From NCBI GenBank assembly GCA_013239625.1, contig MU055574.1, forward strand, positions 26,445,373 through 26,509,372: a stretch of 64,000 nucleotides of DNA. Direction: 5' to 3'. This DNA is from Lama guanicoe (taxonomy: Eukaryota). The translations under genes were made by a program, and so were the position numbers. Of this stretch, positions 1-12,256 are shown one piece after another. Under the pieces are notes generated by a model, which saw nothing but the letters and a program-made list of their open reading frames with translations, had not been told where the DNA came from and did no database searches. Every line of letters begins with the position of its first letter. Position 1 is the first letter of the stretch.

Positions 1-1307
1 GGGAGCGTTGGTTGGTGATCTTCTGCTTCTTTATTGGCTTTACAGCCTTAATCTAGTCACAAGAACTAAAACACATCATCCCACTAGTCTGCCCTTGGGT
101 TTTAAAATCCTACAGACAATGAACAGGACGAAAGGGCATAAAGAGCCCCCCGCGCTGCTGGTGTCGCCTTTCTCACTGCTTTTCTGTCTCCGTGAGTCCT
201 TTCACTCAGGGTCTCAGACTTATTAAGACAGCGCCCTCCCAAAGCCCACAGTCTGTGTTTTTCAGATTGAAAGGACGTGGGCGGGACGTTGTTCCACCGT
301 CTTTGCGGTGGTGGTTTCCTCCTGGTGAAGCATCAGGTCATGGCGAGGCAGCGCCTTGGAGGGGCCGTGAGGGGTGTGGGCCAGACGCCCCCCACGCCGC
401 GGCTTCCCTCCCCGGCTCACCCGCCGTGCAAACCTCGTCATTTATTTGTTCTCGCGGCTGGGAAAGTGTACTGCTGCCGTTTCGCAGGTAAACACACTGA
501 GTCTGCACACACGGCGTGCTGGACATGGGGTGGTTTGCCCAGTGTCCCGAGCAGCATCCAGCAGGAGCAGACTCCAGTTTTTGTTGATCTACAGTCGCAC
601 CCGTGCATGCTGCGATCTGGCCTGGCTAGTTAGACGGACTGGAAACCTGCGCCGAAGCAGACTGCCTCCTGTAAGGCTTGGCTCCCGGCACCGTCTGTGT
701 GTAGGGCGGGGACCACGCGCTCCCAAGCGTCTTGCCGCCCTCCCGCCAGCGGCTGCTGCTTCCCGCCGGGGACCACGTGCTCACCTGCGCCGCCCTGCTC
801 CTCCAGGGGTCACTGTCAGCGTGACCTGTGACAGCCCCACACAAATTGGTGTTGCTGATCTGCGCATTTGCAGCTACTGGCCTGTCCCCTGGGATTCCGT
901 GCCGTGTCCCTCCAGGCTGAGACGCTCTCCTGCAGGACAGTGCTCACGTCCCACACCAGGCCCAACAGCCTCTGCTCTTGGGCTCTCGGACACTTGCGTG
1001 CTGCCTTCAGGACCCGGTGAGCACGTGTCGTCCTGCGTGACACGATGGTTGTTGGCTGTCATAGATGAGGGTTCTCTGTGGGGCAGCACTGCCGTCCTCT
1101 GGGTCCGAATTCCCACCCCCGGGGTCCAGGAAGCAGCCGGCAGAGCACCGCCCCTCAGGCACGCTGAGCAAGCTCAGCACAGGCTGCATCTGACTTCTGA
1201 TCTGAGGCTTCGTCCTCGAAGAGGGTGTGAAAGCGAGGCCAAGAAATGAAAATACTGAAGTGGAGTGTGTTTAAAACTCGCACAAACTGGCTTGTTACTT
1301 CCAGCAA

Positions 1308-1433
1308 GTGAGTGAATGCATGACTGAGTGAATGAATGAACGAGTGACTGGATGAATGAGTGGGTGAAGGAATGGACGAGTGAATGAGTGAATGAGTGGG
1401 TGATGGGGTGAGTGAGTGAACGAGTGAGCGGAT
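1308..1433 (+). repeat. Degenerate (GAGT/GAAT)n tetranucleotide repeat
   Basis: gtgagtgaatgcatgactgagtgaatgaatgaacgagtg...gtgagtgagtgaacgagtgagcg; resembles TGAA-type simple repeats often associated with L2 tails. Confidence 0.85.
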
Positions 1434-4400
1434 GCCCGGCGAGTGGCCGGCTCCCGGCAGAGAACACCAGCAGCAGTTCCCCGCCCCTCTAACGCCCTGG
1501 CCGCAGGTGGCAGGCTCTGAAAGTCTCCACGCCCCTGTCTTCAGTTTGGGTTTTCTGTTCCACTGAAAAGTAGGGAGCGTTTCCTGAAACTGGAGAAACT
1601 GGAGAAACTCAGGCTGTGAGGTGGAGAGGATGCTCTTTGAACAGGGTGTGATTTGTCCCGTCCTCCCACCTGTCCTGCGTGTGGCCTTCAGGGTCGCGGA
1701 CGCATCGACGCCCTGGGCCCGCCCGCTCCCTGGACGCCCTCCCGGGCTCTGTCCCACCTCGCCCCCACCCCCGCACGTGAGCCTCGTCCTGGTCAGGCAA
1801 ACGCGCTTGCTCGGAAGCTGCGTCCCTTTCTGGCGGCCCGCCCCACGGTTCAGAAAGCTTGTGCTTTGGGGAGCTTGTAGCTGCAGGGTTGCAGTTCACA
1901 GCGGGTGGCACGTGCTCCCCTGTTACAATCAGCAGAACAGGCATCTTCCATCAGTGCATCAGCGCCGACAGCTGTGGGAAATCCATCCGTGTTGAAGAGT
2001 GCTTTCGCCTGTTTCCTGAGTGGTTTGATTTTGTTCTGACTTTTCCTCTGGCGTAAACCTGCGCGTTTCTGAAGCAAAACACAGAGCAAATCTTTCCTCT
2101 GTGAGCGTTTGACCTGCTTGTGTCTAACGCAGGAGCTGCCTGCCGCCCGGACAGACACCGCAGGTGCCCCTCTCGGCTTTCTTCTGCCCCTCCCTGCACC
2201 TGTGCAAACAGCACTGCTTTGTGAAAATAAAAGAGATGGGGCCCCTGCCACCCTGAGGTGGTTTTTTTAATGGCGTTGCTCGAGGTTCAGTTGCTTTCCT
2301 TCTAAATTTGGCACCGTGCCTTTTATGTGAACTGGTTTGAAGACCCTCAGCGGAGCTCTTTAATGAACACTACATTCTTCAGAACAGAAATATTTCCCTT
2401 TCCTTCAAGGACTTTGTTTAGTGAAGAATCCAGCTCAGGTGAACTCCTTTCCTCTGTGCGCTGTCTCTGCTGGAATTTAATTGCTGTTAAAAATGGGGAA
2501 TGGGAGAGGTGTGCAGAAAGTGAGTTCTCTCATTTCTGAGGACGAACAGTGCCCTTGTTGGTTCTACATCATTAAATTATCAAGAATTATGGTCAAATTC
2601 CAAATGCCTGAATGCCGGCCTTTAAAAAAAATGAAAATGCGGAGGCGGTCTCTTTCCGTGTAGAGCAGATGATAATTACAGTGCCTTCGCCTAAGCCTCC
2701 TGCAGCTCCTCGCTCCGGGTTTCAGGGAGCACAGACAGACCACCTCTTCAGCCTAAAAGTCAGCAGGATTTAGGTGATTCCACGTTTTCACCCGAAAGAG
2801 AAGAGGGCTGCTTCTGGGCGGGCTCCTGTGCGCACTGGCTGTGGCGGGCGGTCCTGGGGCGTTACCAGGCCGAGCGTGTTCTCTGTCTGTGTCTGTCTGT
2901 CTGTCAGTCTGCCCCTTGAGCAAAGCTGCTCTGTTCCGGGCCGGCGTGAGTCACAGAACACGTCTACGAAAACTCTCTCCAGCGAGGATGGGAACCCGAC
3001 AAGGTTCACGGGCGAGGACCCTCCTCAGATACAAACCCTTGGGGGGCCCTGCTCCCCCGGGAGCTGTGCCTTCATGGCTGGAGGGTTCACGCCCACCTCA
3101 GGGAAAGTGGGAAAGTGGGGCTGACACCCCTCAGGAAGGGAATTCAATCCAAGGTGCCCACGTGCTTGCTCGGCCCGTTTTTAAGTAAAGAATGCTTGTT
3201 TTTAATTGTTGTTTCTGTAAAGTCTTGAAGAGGCAGCGACAGGTGTCGGCTCGCAGGTCATTTAGGTGGAACTCTTCTCGGGAGGAGTCGGGGCGGCTGT
3301 CTGAACGTGAACAGAGTGGGAGAGTTGGTCACCTCCTGGAGCTGATCGCCTGTCTCTGGGCTGGAGCCTCTTCCAGAAGTCTGGGCAATGGCCAGTTGTG
3401 AGCTCCCGAGGAGCAGGTGGAGGGACTGTCGCCCACCCCTTCCGGCCACAGTGCATCCGCTGCGCGTCCTTCCTAGGACGCGGGGGGGTGGGGGGCTGTG
3501 GGGACCCCGCCCGTCTCCCCGTGAGGGGCATGGCTTCCTGGGTGTCCGTCCCCCAGGGGCCGCCCTCCCCTCGTGGCTTTGTCTCAGCTTCGGTGCTGGT
3601 CCACGCTCCCACAGCACCAGCGAGGACACTTGGAGACTCATGGAGAGGGTTTCGGTGTCTTTCCTGAGTGTGCGAATGTCCTTCGTGTCTCTTGCTGGCA
3701 CAGGAAGGTGTCCGTGAGGTCCTGCACGGTTGCTAAGCTCCATTTCTGCTTCTCCTCTGGCTCAGACTGGGCGAGGGAGGGGCGCCTCTACCCCCGTAGG
3801 TGTCACCTGGGCAAACAGTGCGAGTCAGCCTGCTCGAATACACGCAGGACCGCGGGGTCCAGACGCTACGCGGGGGGCTGAGGGAAGACCACCGCTCTGG
3901 GCTTGCTTGCTTTCTTTCCTTTAATAAATTGCTAGTGGTCCTCGAATCAGAGAAAACACCTGCGTGGGATGGGCGACGTTCCGTGACCAAAGGCTCGCGA
4001 TGACTCCTCGTCCTGTAGCACCAAGCTTTTGGGGGTTCGCCTTCATGTTCGGTGCTGCGTCTCGAGTGAGGGGGCCTAGACAGGGCTGAGGGTGGGGCGT
4101 GAGGGGGCTGGAAAGTGGGGTGGCAGGGAGCACCATCAGCTGTCTCAGGAGGCAGGTGTGGGAGCAGGCGTCGGATCTGAGCCCCACTGGAGACACCGTG
4201 AGCTCTGAAGCCCTGTGTCCGCGACATCGGAGGGAGCCAGGCAAGGACGGGCCCCCAGAGTGGTCCGTGGGGACTCAGTGTGTGGGGGCCCCTGCGAGGT
4301 CTGAGGAGCTCCCTGGGCAGGGGTTCTGGGCCTGCACCGCCTGCAGCCCTGGATCCGTCCTGCGCTGTGAGCCCGTGTGTGGAGTGTGGAGGCCTCTTAG

Positions 4401-4872
4401 CTCCTCCATGGAAACCAGCGCCTCCCCGGGGGCTGGGCATCGATTCAGAAAATGACAGGCTCACACGAAGGTGCTCCTGGGTCCTAGATGAGGTCATGTG
4501 GGTCCGTTTCACGAGGAGAGGCTGCCCCCCAGCTCCAGGCAGATGGGGGGTGCCAGGAGTGTAGCCCCCCAGTGATGGCAGAGCCCGGGCACGGCAGCAG
4601 TGGACCAGCAGTGAGCAAACAAATGCACTGCTGTTCAGATTATTAAAGCAAACAGAAGAGGCAGGTGCCCACGCAGACCCGGACAGCGGCCCAGGCCAGA
4701 GCTAGAGCGTGGGGGTGCCGCGTGTGTGCAGGGGTGCCGGGGGCGGGGAGGAGGTGGGGAGGAGGTGCTCTCGGGGAGCCCCACCCCGCTCCCGGGGCAC
4801 CCTCGCCCAGGGCCTGCGCTCCATACCACCCGCCTTTAAGTGTCCGGCTTCTTTTTTATTTCCTCCTCCAAG

Positions 4873-5044
4873 TTTCTGAGAGTTGACCAAGACAAGGACA
4901 AGGACTGCAGCCTGGACTGCGGGGGCTCGCCGCAGAAACCCCTGTGCGGGTCCGACGGGAGGACCTTCCTGTCCCGCTGCGAGTTTCAGCGCGCCAAGTG
5001 CAAGGACCCGCAGCTGGAGATCGCTCACCGGGGCAACTGCAGAG
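4873..5044 (+). CDS. SMOC2: SMOC2 exon 2, Kazal/follistatin-like domain (FLRVDQDKDKDCSLDCGGSPQKPLCGSDGRTFLSRCEFQRAKCKDPQLEIAHRGNCR)
   Basis: Acceptor ttttttatttcctcctccaag|TTT, donor AGAG|gtgagc; 172 nt, phase 0 to 1; Kazal motif PLCGSDGRTF..RCEF; inside ORF 4840..5145. Confidence 0.97.
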
Positions 5045-7420
5045 GTGAGCTGCGTCCCGCCGCGCGGTCACGGGTGAACCGCCGAGATGCCCGCTCGGGG
5101 GTTATTCCCTTTTGCTTTGTCAGAACTCCAGGGTTTATGCTGTGAATCTCCTTCAGGGCACGTAGGGGAGGAGTAATTTCTGAGTCTTCTTTTTCTTACT
5201 TGTTGGAACGCTCGCTTTTCTGAGAACGGCTGCTGACGTCACGACATGGACTCATCTAGGTTCACGGAATGCTTCCAGAGTCTTCTCAGGCGACTCTTGT
5301 GGAAGCCTTTCATTTGGATTTTCCAGCTTTTCCCGTCTTGCCTCTGGGCGTGCAGGGCGCGCACACTGGGCGCCTGTGTGGCTCTCAGTGATTTTCCTCC
5401 GGGGGCCGATTTGACACTTGCAATTTTCAATTTTCCTGATGTAAGAAGTAGATTTGGAGTTAACTAGCACACTTAGAGCAAAACGCTGAAAGGCTGCCCA
5501 CGTTAATGAGGGTTTGACTCTGCAGAGCATGCGGTGTCTCAAACACAAATAGAGTCATTTTCAGAAAGAGATTTAACCTTCTTTTTCTTATTATCTAGGA
5601 GGAAAGACCACACAGGCTGTCGCGCCTTTGAGGTGACGTTCTGCGCGGTCTGGCTGTTGGCTCCAGCCCTCCTCCTGAGCACAGGGCAGCTGGAGCCCCC
5701 AGCCCACGCTGGGCCAGGCTTGAGCCATCGGCTCCTCCTCTCCCGGGGCAGCACGTCCCGGGGCAGCCAGTCTGACCAGGGACACACAGAGCTCCGCCTG
5801 TTCCTCAGCCCCAGGCGCTGTTCCCGCCGACACCCTGAGGGACACTTCGCACACTCGGCGGGTCCACGTGGCTCTCACCTCCACGCTGCGTCCGGCTCGC
5901 ATGTCCTTGCACGTCCGTCTGAGGAGTTTGGGTGTAACTTCATGCCTTAATTGCAGCTACACACTTCAGTTATCTGTGCTGAGGGATGAAAAATCATTGA
6001 AGAATAAATTCAAATATCAGATGATCAGCTCTTCAGAGAAACTTCTAGAAGCAATGGCCTGGGCCGACTTAGCTCTGAGGACAACTGCCGTGGGGGTGGT
6101 GGTAAAGTTTGAGCTTTATGGGCCTCTTTAGTGTCCCGTTCCTGTAGGTAACCCCGTGGAACACCCTGCTGGAGGAGCGCGCGGAAGCCACCGCGCTAAG
6201 CCTCTGGGCTGGCGTGGCCTCCGTGGGCGCCTCTGACGGGCTTATCAGACTGAAGCCGAGGCCCATCCGGCTCTCGGTGCCCCTGCTGAGGTCGCTCTCC
6301 CACGCCTCCCATTTGGAGCTCCGAGGGGTCCACCGGCCGGGTCCACGCGGGGTTGCTTTTGGACAGGGAGGGTAAACGGCAATTAAGCACAAACGTCCTC
6401 TTGGTAATGCCGTTGTCAGGCTATTTGGATCCAGCTGAATTTTTCTGGGTAATTCCCTTGGCTGGGATTCTCCCACCTCACAGAACACGTTTCATACCAT
6501 AAATTTGTGGCACAAAAATGTGGTAAGGGAGAAGTGGGGAAAACAAAACTTGTCTCCTAAAAGCAAGTTTAATTTCAATCAAAAGGATTAAAACAAAAAG
6601 AGCGCACAGACACCCGTGGACTTCGGGATCACACGGGCCTGGCTGGGCTCGGCTGCCGGGGTAGTGGAGTGGGTTGTGCATGTTTGAAAATAACTGGGCA
6701 TTACTCACGTCCGACAGGGTGGGGGCCCTGCAGCCGAGGCCTCCAGCCCGCATTCGCAGGCTGCTCAGCGCCGGGGCTGTGGGGGAGGGGCTGCCCATTG
6801 CAGACGGACTTTTCCTGCAGGAGCAGCCTTTCCCTGGAGCCTGGCTCGGGGGGAGCAGGACCTGCAGGGGGAGGGCTCCCTTCTGGCTGGTTTGGTTTGC
6901 CGGTTGTCACCAACCCTGTCCCCTGATGTCCGGCACTGACACCCCCCGCCTGCCCTGGGGCCTCTTGGTGGGAAGGTGAGCGTGAGGGGCCCCAGGGAGC
7001 CCTGGTGCTGACGGACCCAGAGGCGGGTGCCCTGGCTCCACCGAGCAGGTGCTGCCCCGCATCCACCTGTGCCCAGGATCACGGGACTCAGGTTCTGCAC
7101 CACACCGGGTCAGACTGCTGCTCTGAATGAGGAGGAGGGAGAGGGTGGCTGACACGGCCCTCCCCTGCAGGGAGGCACACAGCCCTTGGCGCGCTCTCCG
7201 TCATTCCTGGCGTGGAAACTGGCTGGCGGGCCGTAGTGTCAACTCGGCAAGTGTGACGCTGCACATTTTGAGGGCATTTCCACATATTTGGTGGATGAGC
7301 GTTCCACAGGCCTGGCTCTTTGGGATGGTCTAGTTTGGAAACAACAGTTGAAATATTTCAGTCCCTATTTAATTCATTGGACTAAAATGCTTTTTGCACT
7401 TCGTGTTACAACCTAACCCT

Positions 7421-8142
7421 TGACCTTGAGCATAAGTGTGGCAGTTTACACTGATGGATTTTTCTCATATTTTGTTGGAAATGTGTGGAGTTGTATTTTT
7501 AGAACCCAGCAAACACAGTAATATTTTTCCTTTGATCTGAGACCATTGGGGCTGTCTTTCTTTCCACGAAACTCTCTGGCATGGAATTAAAAAGACAAAA
7601 ACAAAAAGAAGAAGAAGAAGAAAAATCAGATGCCAGGAGATCTTGGAACGGTTCTGAGATTTCTGGAAACCAAATGATAAAGAACATCTGATACAAACAG
7701 CTCCCTAGAGATTTCCAGTGCCCAGAGCTTTGCAGACCAACGAGCAAGGAGAGGTCACTGTTACCAAGGTCTTCCTGATCCCCTGGCCCCCTCTTGTCCT
7801 CGGTCATAGCCTCGCGGTCCCTGCTGTGGTCGGCACTGCGGTTTCTGTGACTACCGTATCCTGATGCACATACGTGTTTCACGATCCCGTTGGGAAACAA
7901 ATCCTTTCACTTTGCAACTGAGAGAAAAAAATGAATGACAAAACTCATTACTATTAACCAACAACTCATCAAAGAATTTTTATTAAAAACTTGTCATTAG
8001 CCATGCCTTGCTAAACACAATGATGAAATTATTTCTATCATCTCTGCCTTTTCAGATAAGAACAAATGTTTTTAAAAATATGATCAAATTTGCATCAAAG
8101 AGTTTTTCTTTAGTTGAGGAAAAAGTGATCCAAGCCTTTGAT
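7421..8142. promoter_or_regulatory. Candidate intronic enhancer, TCF/LEF motif cluster
   Basis: CCTTTGATC 7529-7537, ATCAAAG 7968-7974 and 8094-8100, CTTTGAT 8136-8142, octamer ATTTGCAT 8088-8095, TGACCTTGA 7421-7429. Motif evidence only. Confidence 0.4.
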
Positions 8143-8289
8143 TAGGATTGATTTCATTAAAATATTAATAATTTTCAGTTAAGCTGGATTTTCCTGGGAT
8201 GTAAACATTGATCATAGTTTAAAACTTGCTATGAGCCAAAAAGTTAGGGCATCCCACTTCGTACCCACCAGGATGGTGGTCACAACTAA

Positions 8290-8765
8290 AAACGAAAAAG
8301 ACAGGAAACAAATACTGGTGAGAATGGATAAGCTGGAACTCTGGCCCATTTTGGGAGGAGTATAGGATGGCTCAGACACTGTGAAAAGCAGTTTGGTGTG
8401 TTCTTTAAAAATTGGACGTAGAATTATTATGTGGCCCAGAGAGTCCACGCCAGGTGTGTATCTGTAAGACTGGAAAGCAGAGGTTCAAGCAAGAGCTCGT
8501 AGGCGACGCCCACCGCAGTCTTGCTCACAACCACGAACAGCCCAGACGGCCGTCAGCAGCAGGACAGATAAACGGACTCTGCCACGTCCAGAAGGGGCGG
8601 GATTCAGCCCTGAGAAGGAAGGAAGCACACGGGTGACGAGAATGTTCCAGAACTGGACAGAAGAGGTCACGCAACACGGGAGGCCCCAAGCGCCCTGAAT
8701 TATACACTTTCAGACAGTTACAGTGAGGAATTTTATACTTTGTGCAGTTGTACCACAATGAGAAC
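8290..8765 (+). mobile_element. Old L1 (L1M-type) ORF2 3' end and 3' UTR remnant, sense orientation
   Basis: gacactgtgaaaagcagtttgg..ttctttaaaaattggacgtagaattattatgtggcccag and tail tgaattatacactttc...ttgtaccacaat resemble L1MB/MC consensus; boundaries approximate. Confidence 0.7.
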
Positions 8766-8873
8766 AAATTATTGTGCTTGTGTTTTGAGGACTTAATTTT
8801 CAGACGATTGAAAATAAGCTGTCCAGAGTAATGTCTCAACAAGGCCACTGAACAGTCAAGGACCTGCTCAATT

Positions 8874-9142
8874 AAAAAAAATTACTGAAGTGTAGTTGAT
8901 TTACAGCGTTAGTTTCAGGTGCACAGCAAAGTGATTCAGTCATACGTACACATACGTGTGTATGTGCTTGTCAGATTCTTTTCCATCATGTGTCATTGCA
9001 AGAAATTGGACGCCGTGCCCTGTGCTCTGCAGTAGCACCTTGTTGTTTGTTTTATATGCAATAGTTTGTGTCTGCAGACCCCAGACTCCTGGTTATCCCT
9101 CCCCACCCTTTCCCCTTTGGTGACCATCGCTTGTTTTCTGTG
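8874..9142 (-). mobile_element. L1 3' end (artiodactyl-type), antisense, 5'-truncated
   Basis: tgaagtgtagttgatttaca..gtttcaggtgcacagcaaagtgattcagt..cagattcttttccat..ccctgtgct..ttcccctttggtgaccat is the reverse complement of a typical L1 3' UTR end. Confidence 0.85.
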
Positions 9143-11615
9143 AAGGACCTGCTCAATTTTCAATCTAGCCACAGGAAGCAGAGGGAGAAAATATAGTAAA
9201 GGGAGAAACGTACCACCTGTAAACTCAGCTTTAAGAATGCTGGACATTTCTACTCTATTCTTTGTAAAGTGACAGAAAAAATGGAAAATTGGGAATAATA
9301 CAGCCTTGAGGCTGTGCTTAATATTTTGACGTCTATCAAGCGGGCCCTCTGGTTTCTCCTCGTGTGTGTACGTTAACCCCTGTGGTTTGCAGTGATGTCG
9401 GGGACGCGGAGGGCAGTGTCAGCCTTTCAAGATGAGCAAGTTCAGATCAGCTCGGCGGGGACACAGCACGTGCTTAGCAGCCGTGCGCTGGACGCGGAAG
9501 AGCCTTCCAAAAGGGAGCTGTCAGGCTGCGTGTTCCAACCACAGCAGCATTTAAAAGTGGAACGAACACGAGGGAGGTGTTACTAATTTGGGGTGAACCT
9601 CTCTAGCGTTTTCCCATAGTTCAATACGGTTGATTTGGGGGGTGGTGTCCAGCCTTTTCTCAGGAGCAGAGGCCCTGCCCCTGACTTAGGGTAGCCGGAA
9701 TCTGGAGCAACACGGAGGTGGCACACGGCCCCCAGCCCCTGGGTTCAACAGGTGGGTGTAGACGTGTTCTCAGGGGGTGGTTGACACGGGCTCTGCCGTT
9801 CGCGCTGCGACGTCTTCCTGGTTTCCTGTGACCGAGACATTGCAGTGGGCCAGAGGGAGACTTGGAATTTATCGTTCCTTCGGTATGAGAGGTTTGAGAA
9901 CCATCTGATCAGCGGCAAATGTGCAGTCTTGTCAGGAAGGCGTCCCAGCCACGGACGAGGCCCACGACTTGTTCAGGAAATGTCTGCCTCTTTGGCATGT
10001 TCCACGAGAGTGCAAATGCTAGAAATAATTTGTGACTCCGCGTCTACCCTCGGAGAGACCTTGCAAGCTGGAACTCATGTCACTTTTCCTTTTAGACAGT
10101 CAAACCACAGGTTACACTAAAAACATGAGGACAGACGTCCAGCAGAGCGGTGATTTCTCCACTAAAACACAGGCTGCATTAAAACCACATGTTGCTGAGT
10201 GCTGGCTGGCGAGGCCAAAGTGCAGATCAGGATGGGAGGCGCTGAGCCTGCATGGAAGTGTCCTCCCGGCGGGGCGGCCCCCACCCTGCTCCCAGAGAGG
10301 ACCCGGTTAGGGTTTCCAGCAGCAGAGGCCGTTCTCAGACACGGGTGCCACCGGAGCAGGGCCGGGGCCCGGAGCCTGGGAGCTGGTGCCCAGACGGTGT
10401 TCGCCGTGGCCAGGAGGCTTTGCTGCCAGGCAGTCAGAGAGCCAGCAACTCAAAACGCTGGGCAGCGGAGGCGTTTGAAGAAGTGTCTCTCAGCGTCCAG
10501 AGGGCCTTTACGATCTAGACAACTTGTAATTTAAATCTGGAAACACTTAAGACAAATTGGGAAAGCCATTCTTTTCAAAGTTTAAAATTCACATGATCCA
10601 TGTGGTGTGATGGTCCGCAGGACATGCACTTGGGGCGCTGCCCGAGGGTCACGGGTCCACAGAGCGGGTTTTACTGGCCTGTGGTCGTGAAAGGCCGGCC
10701 CCGGAGGTGCGGGCTTCCTGCTGGTGCACTGCGCTGGGTCCAGACCCTGCAGCCCAGATTGGGAAGCAGTGTCCCCTGTGGGCGCCGCCCCGCTCCCGGG
10801 TCACCCACGTCTCCCTGCCGGATCTGAGTGCCCGTGTTTCTCAGTCCTGCTGCCGGAGCTGGGGCAGAAGCGCCCGAATGCTGCGGGCTTTCCTCTCCTA
10901 CCAGTTCATTGCGTCCGAGGGGGTTCTTCCTAAGAGCAGCAGGCACAGCGAGCTTGTATCCAGTTATCTCGTTGCAGGATTTTCACGTGAATGTGGGGAG
11001 ATCTGGGCTCATGGGGTGGGAGGACTCCTGAGAACCCTTTCCCTGACCTCATGCTGGGCTTTCCATCTGAGGTTGGAAGAGGCCTTGTATCTCCCTGAGA
11101 CTGTGAGAAACTCAGACGCAGAGGGAAGAGGCCTCAGGGTCCCCTCCCAGGGCTGGACCTCAGATGGGCGGTCCCCGCCGCCTCAGCAGAGGAGGGGACA
11201 TCACACGCCCTCAGGGTGCCCGCACTCCCTCCCCGTGGCCAGTGAGTTTGGGCTGATTTCACTGTGGCTTCCAGACCCAGCCGCACTTGGTGCTCAGATG
11301 GATGTCCTTGGACCCGAGAGAGCCCATCTGTAGCCGGCGGGGCTCCCACCCGTGTTTCTTCATCATTGGCAAAGCAGGGTCACATCGCACCACGGACAAG
11401 CCCAGTGGCCTCCCTGAGCCTGGGCGTCCTCGCTCCCTGAATGTGGACAGCACCCCGCCCTTCCTGCCCGAGCCTGGCCTCTCCAGGACCCAGAGGCCCG
11501 AGGGATGCCCGGCTGCCGTCCTCCGGCAAGGCCCCTCCGGCCCTGCTCCTCGCTGCGACTCTGCTGTGCGTCTGCCCGGCCCTGACCGCTGCCTCTACTC
11601 TGTCCCTTCCTGCAG

Positions 11616-11722
11616 ACGTGTCCAGGTGTGTGGCTGAGAGGAAGTACACCCAGGAGCAGGCGCGGAAGGAGTTCCAGCAGGTGTTCATCCCAGAATGCAA
11701 TGACGACGGGACCTATAGCCAG
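11616..11722 (+). CDS. SMOC2: SMOC2 exon 3, N-half of thyroglobulin type-1 domain 1 (DVSRCVAERKYTQEQARKEFQQVFIPECNDDGTYSQ)
   Basis: Acceptor tgtcccttcctgcag|AC, donor CAG|gtgcgc; 107 nt, phase 1 to 0; inside ORF 11441..11830. Confidence 0.97.
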
Positions 11723-12227
11723 GTGCGCGGCCACGAGGCCAGGTGGGGAGGGGTGCAGGCTGGGTGGCAGAGCCCAGGGTGGGGAACGGGTTCTCGAGGG
11801 GTGGGGCGGGCATCTTCCTTCCCGCCTTAGAGCGGTTCCTCCAGAGGCCCACGGTCAGAACCAGGAGTGATTCCTCGCTTGGCCCGGGTGTTTATGACCA
11901 CGACTCTGGTCACTGTCACTCCGGCAAAGGGACGGGACAGCTCCTCTGCAGGGCTGATGGGGGCCATGCCACCCTGGCTCCCGGCAAAAATCTACCTTCG
12001 GTTTACTTTTAGTGACAGTGGAGCCCATGCTAAGAGTCAGGTAACGTGAGTGTGACATCAAGTGTCTCACTCTCCTGGGGCCGCACTGCAAGTCAGTGGC
12101 AGCGTCCGGTCACCCGGTTACTTCTCCACCTGGAGAGTGTCCGTGTTACTACTGGCCATGCTATTATTTCTTGTTAAAGAAGAGAAGTTCCTGAAACACA
12201 GTGCTAGCCAATGTAGCTTTTGATAGG

Positions 12228-12256
12228 AAAAGACAAAACAAAACAAAACAAAACAG
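12228..12256 (+). repeat. (AAAAC)n short tandem repeat
   Basis: gaaaagacaaaacaaaacaaaacaaaacag. Confidence 0.8.

Noticed and set aside
700-795. ggggaccacg(c/t)gctc repeated about 60 bp apart as an array
   Set aside because: Only two short copies; a trivial local duplication.
374-1249. Long ORFs such as 374..1249 (291 aa), 3733..4512, 20976..21785, 34882..35697 and 61749..62435
   Set aside because: Pro/Arg/Gly/Ala-rich with no recognisable domain, often non-ATG starts, overlapping in several frames; expected where GC-rich DNA depletes stop codons.
1155-1757. Minus-strand ORF with His/Ser-rich repeats
   Set aside because: It is the translation of the (GAGT/GAAT)n simple repeat.
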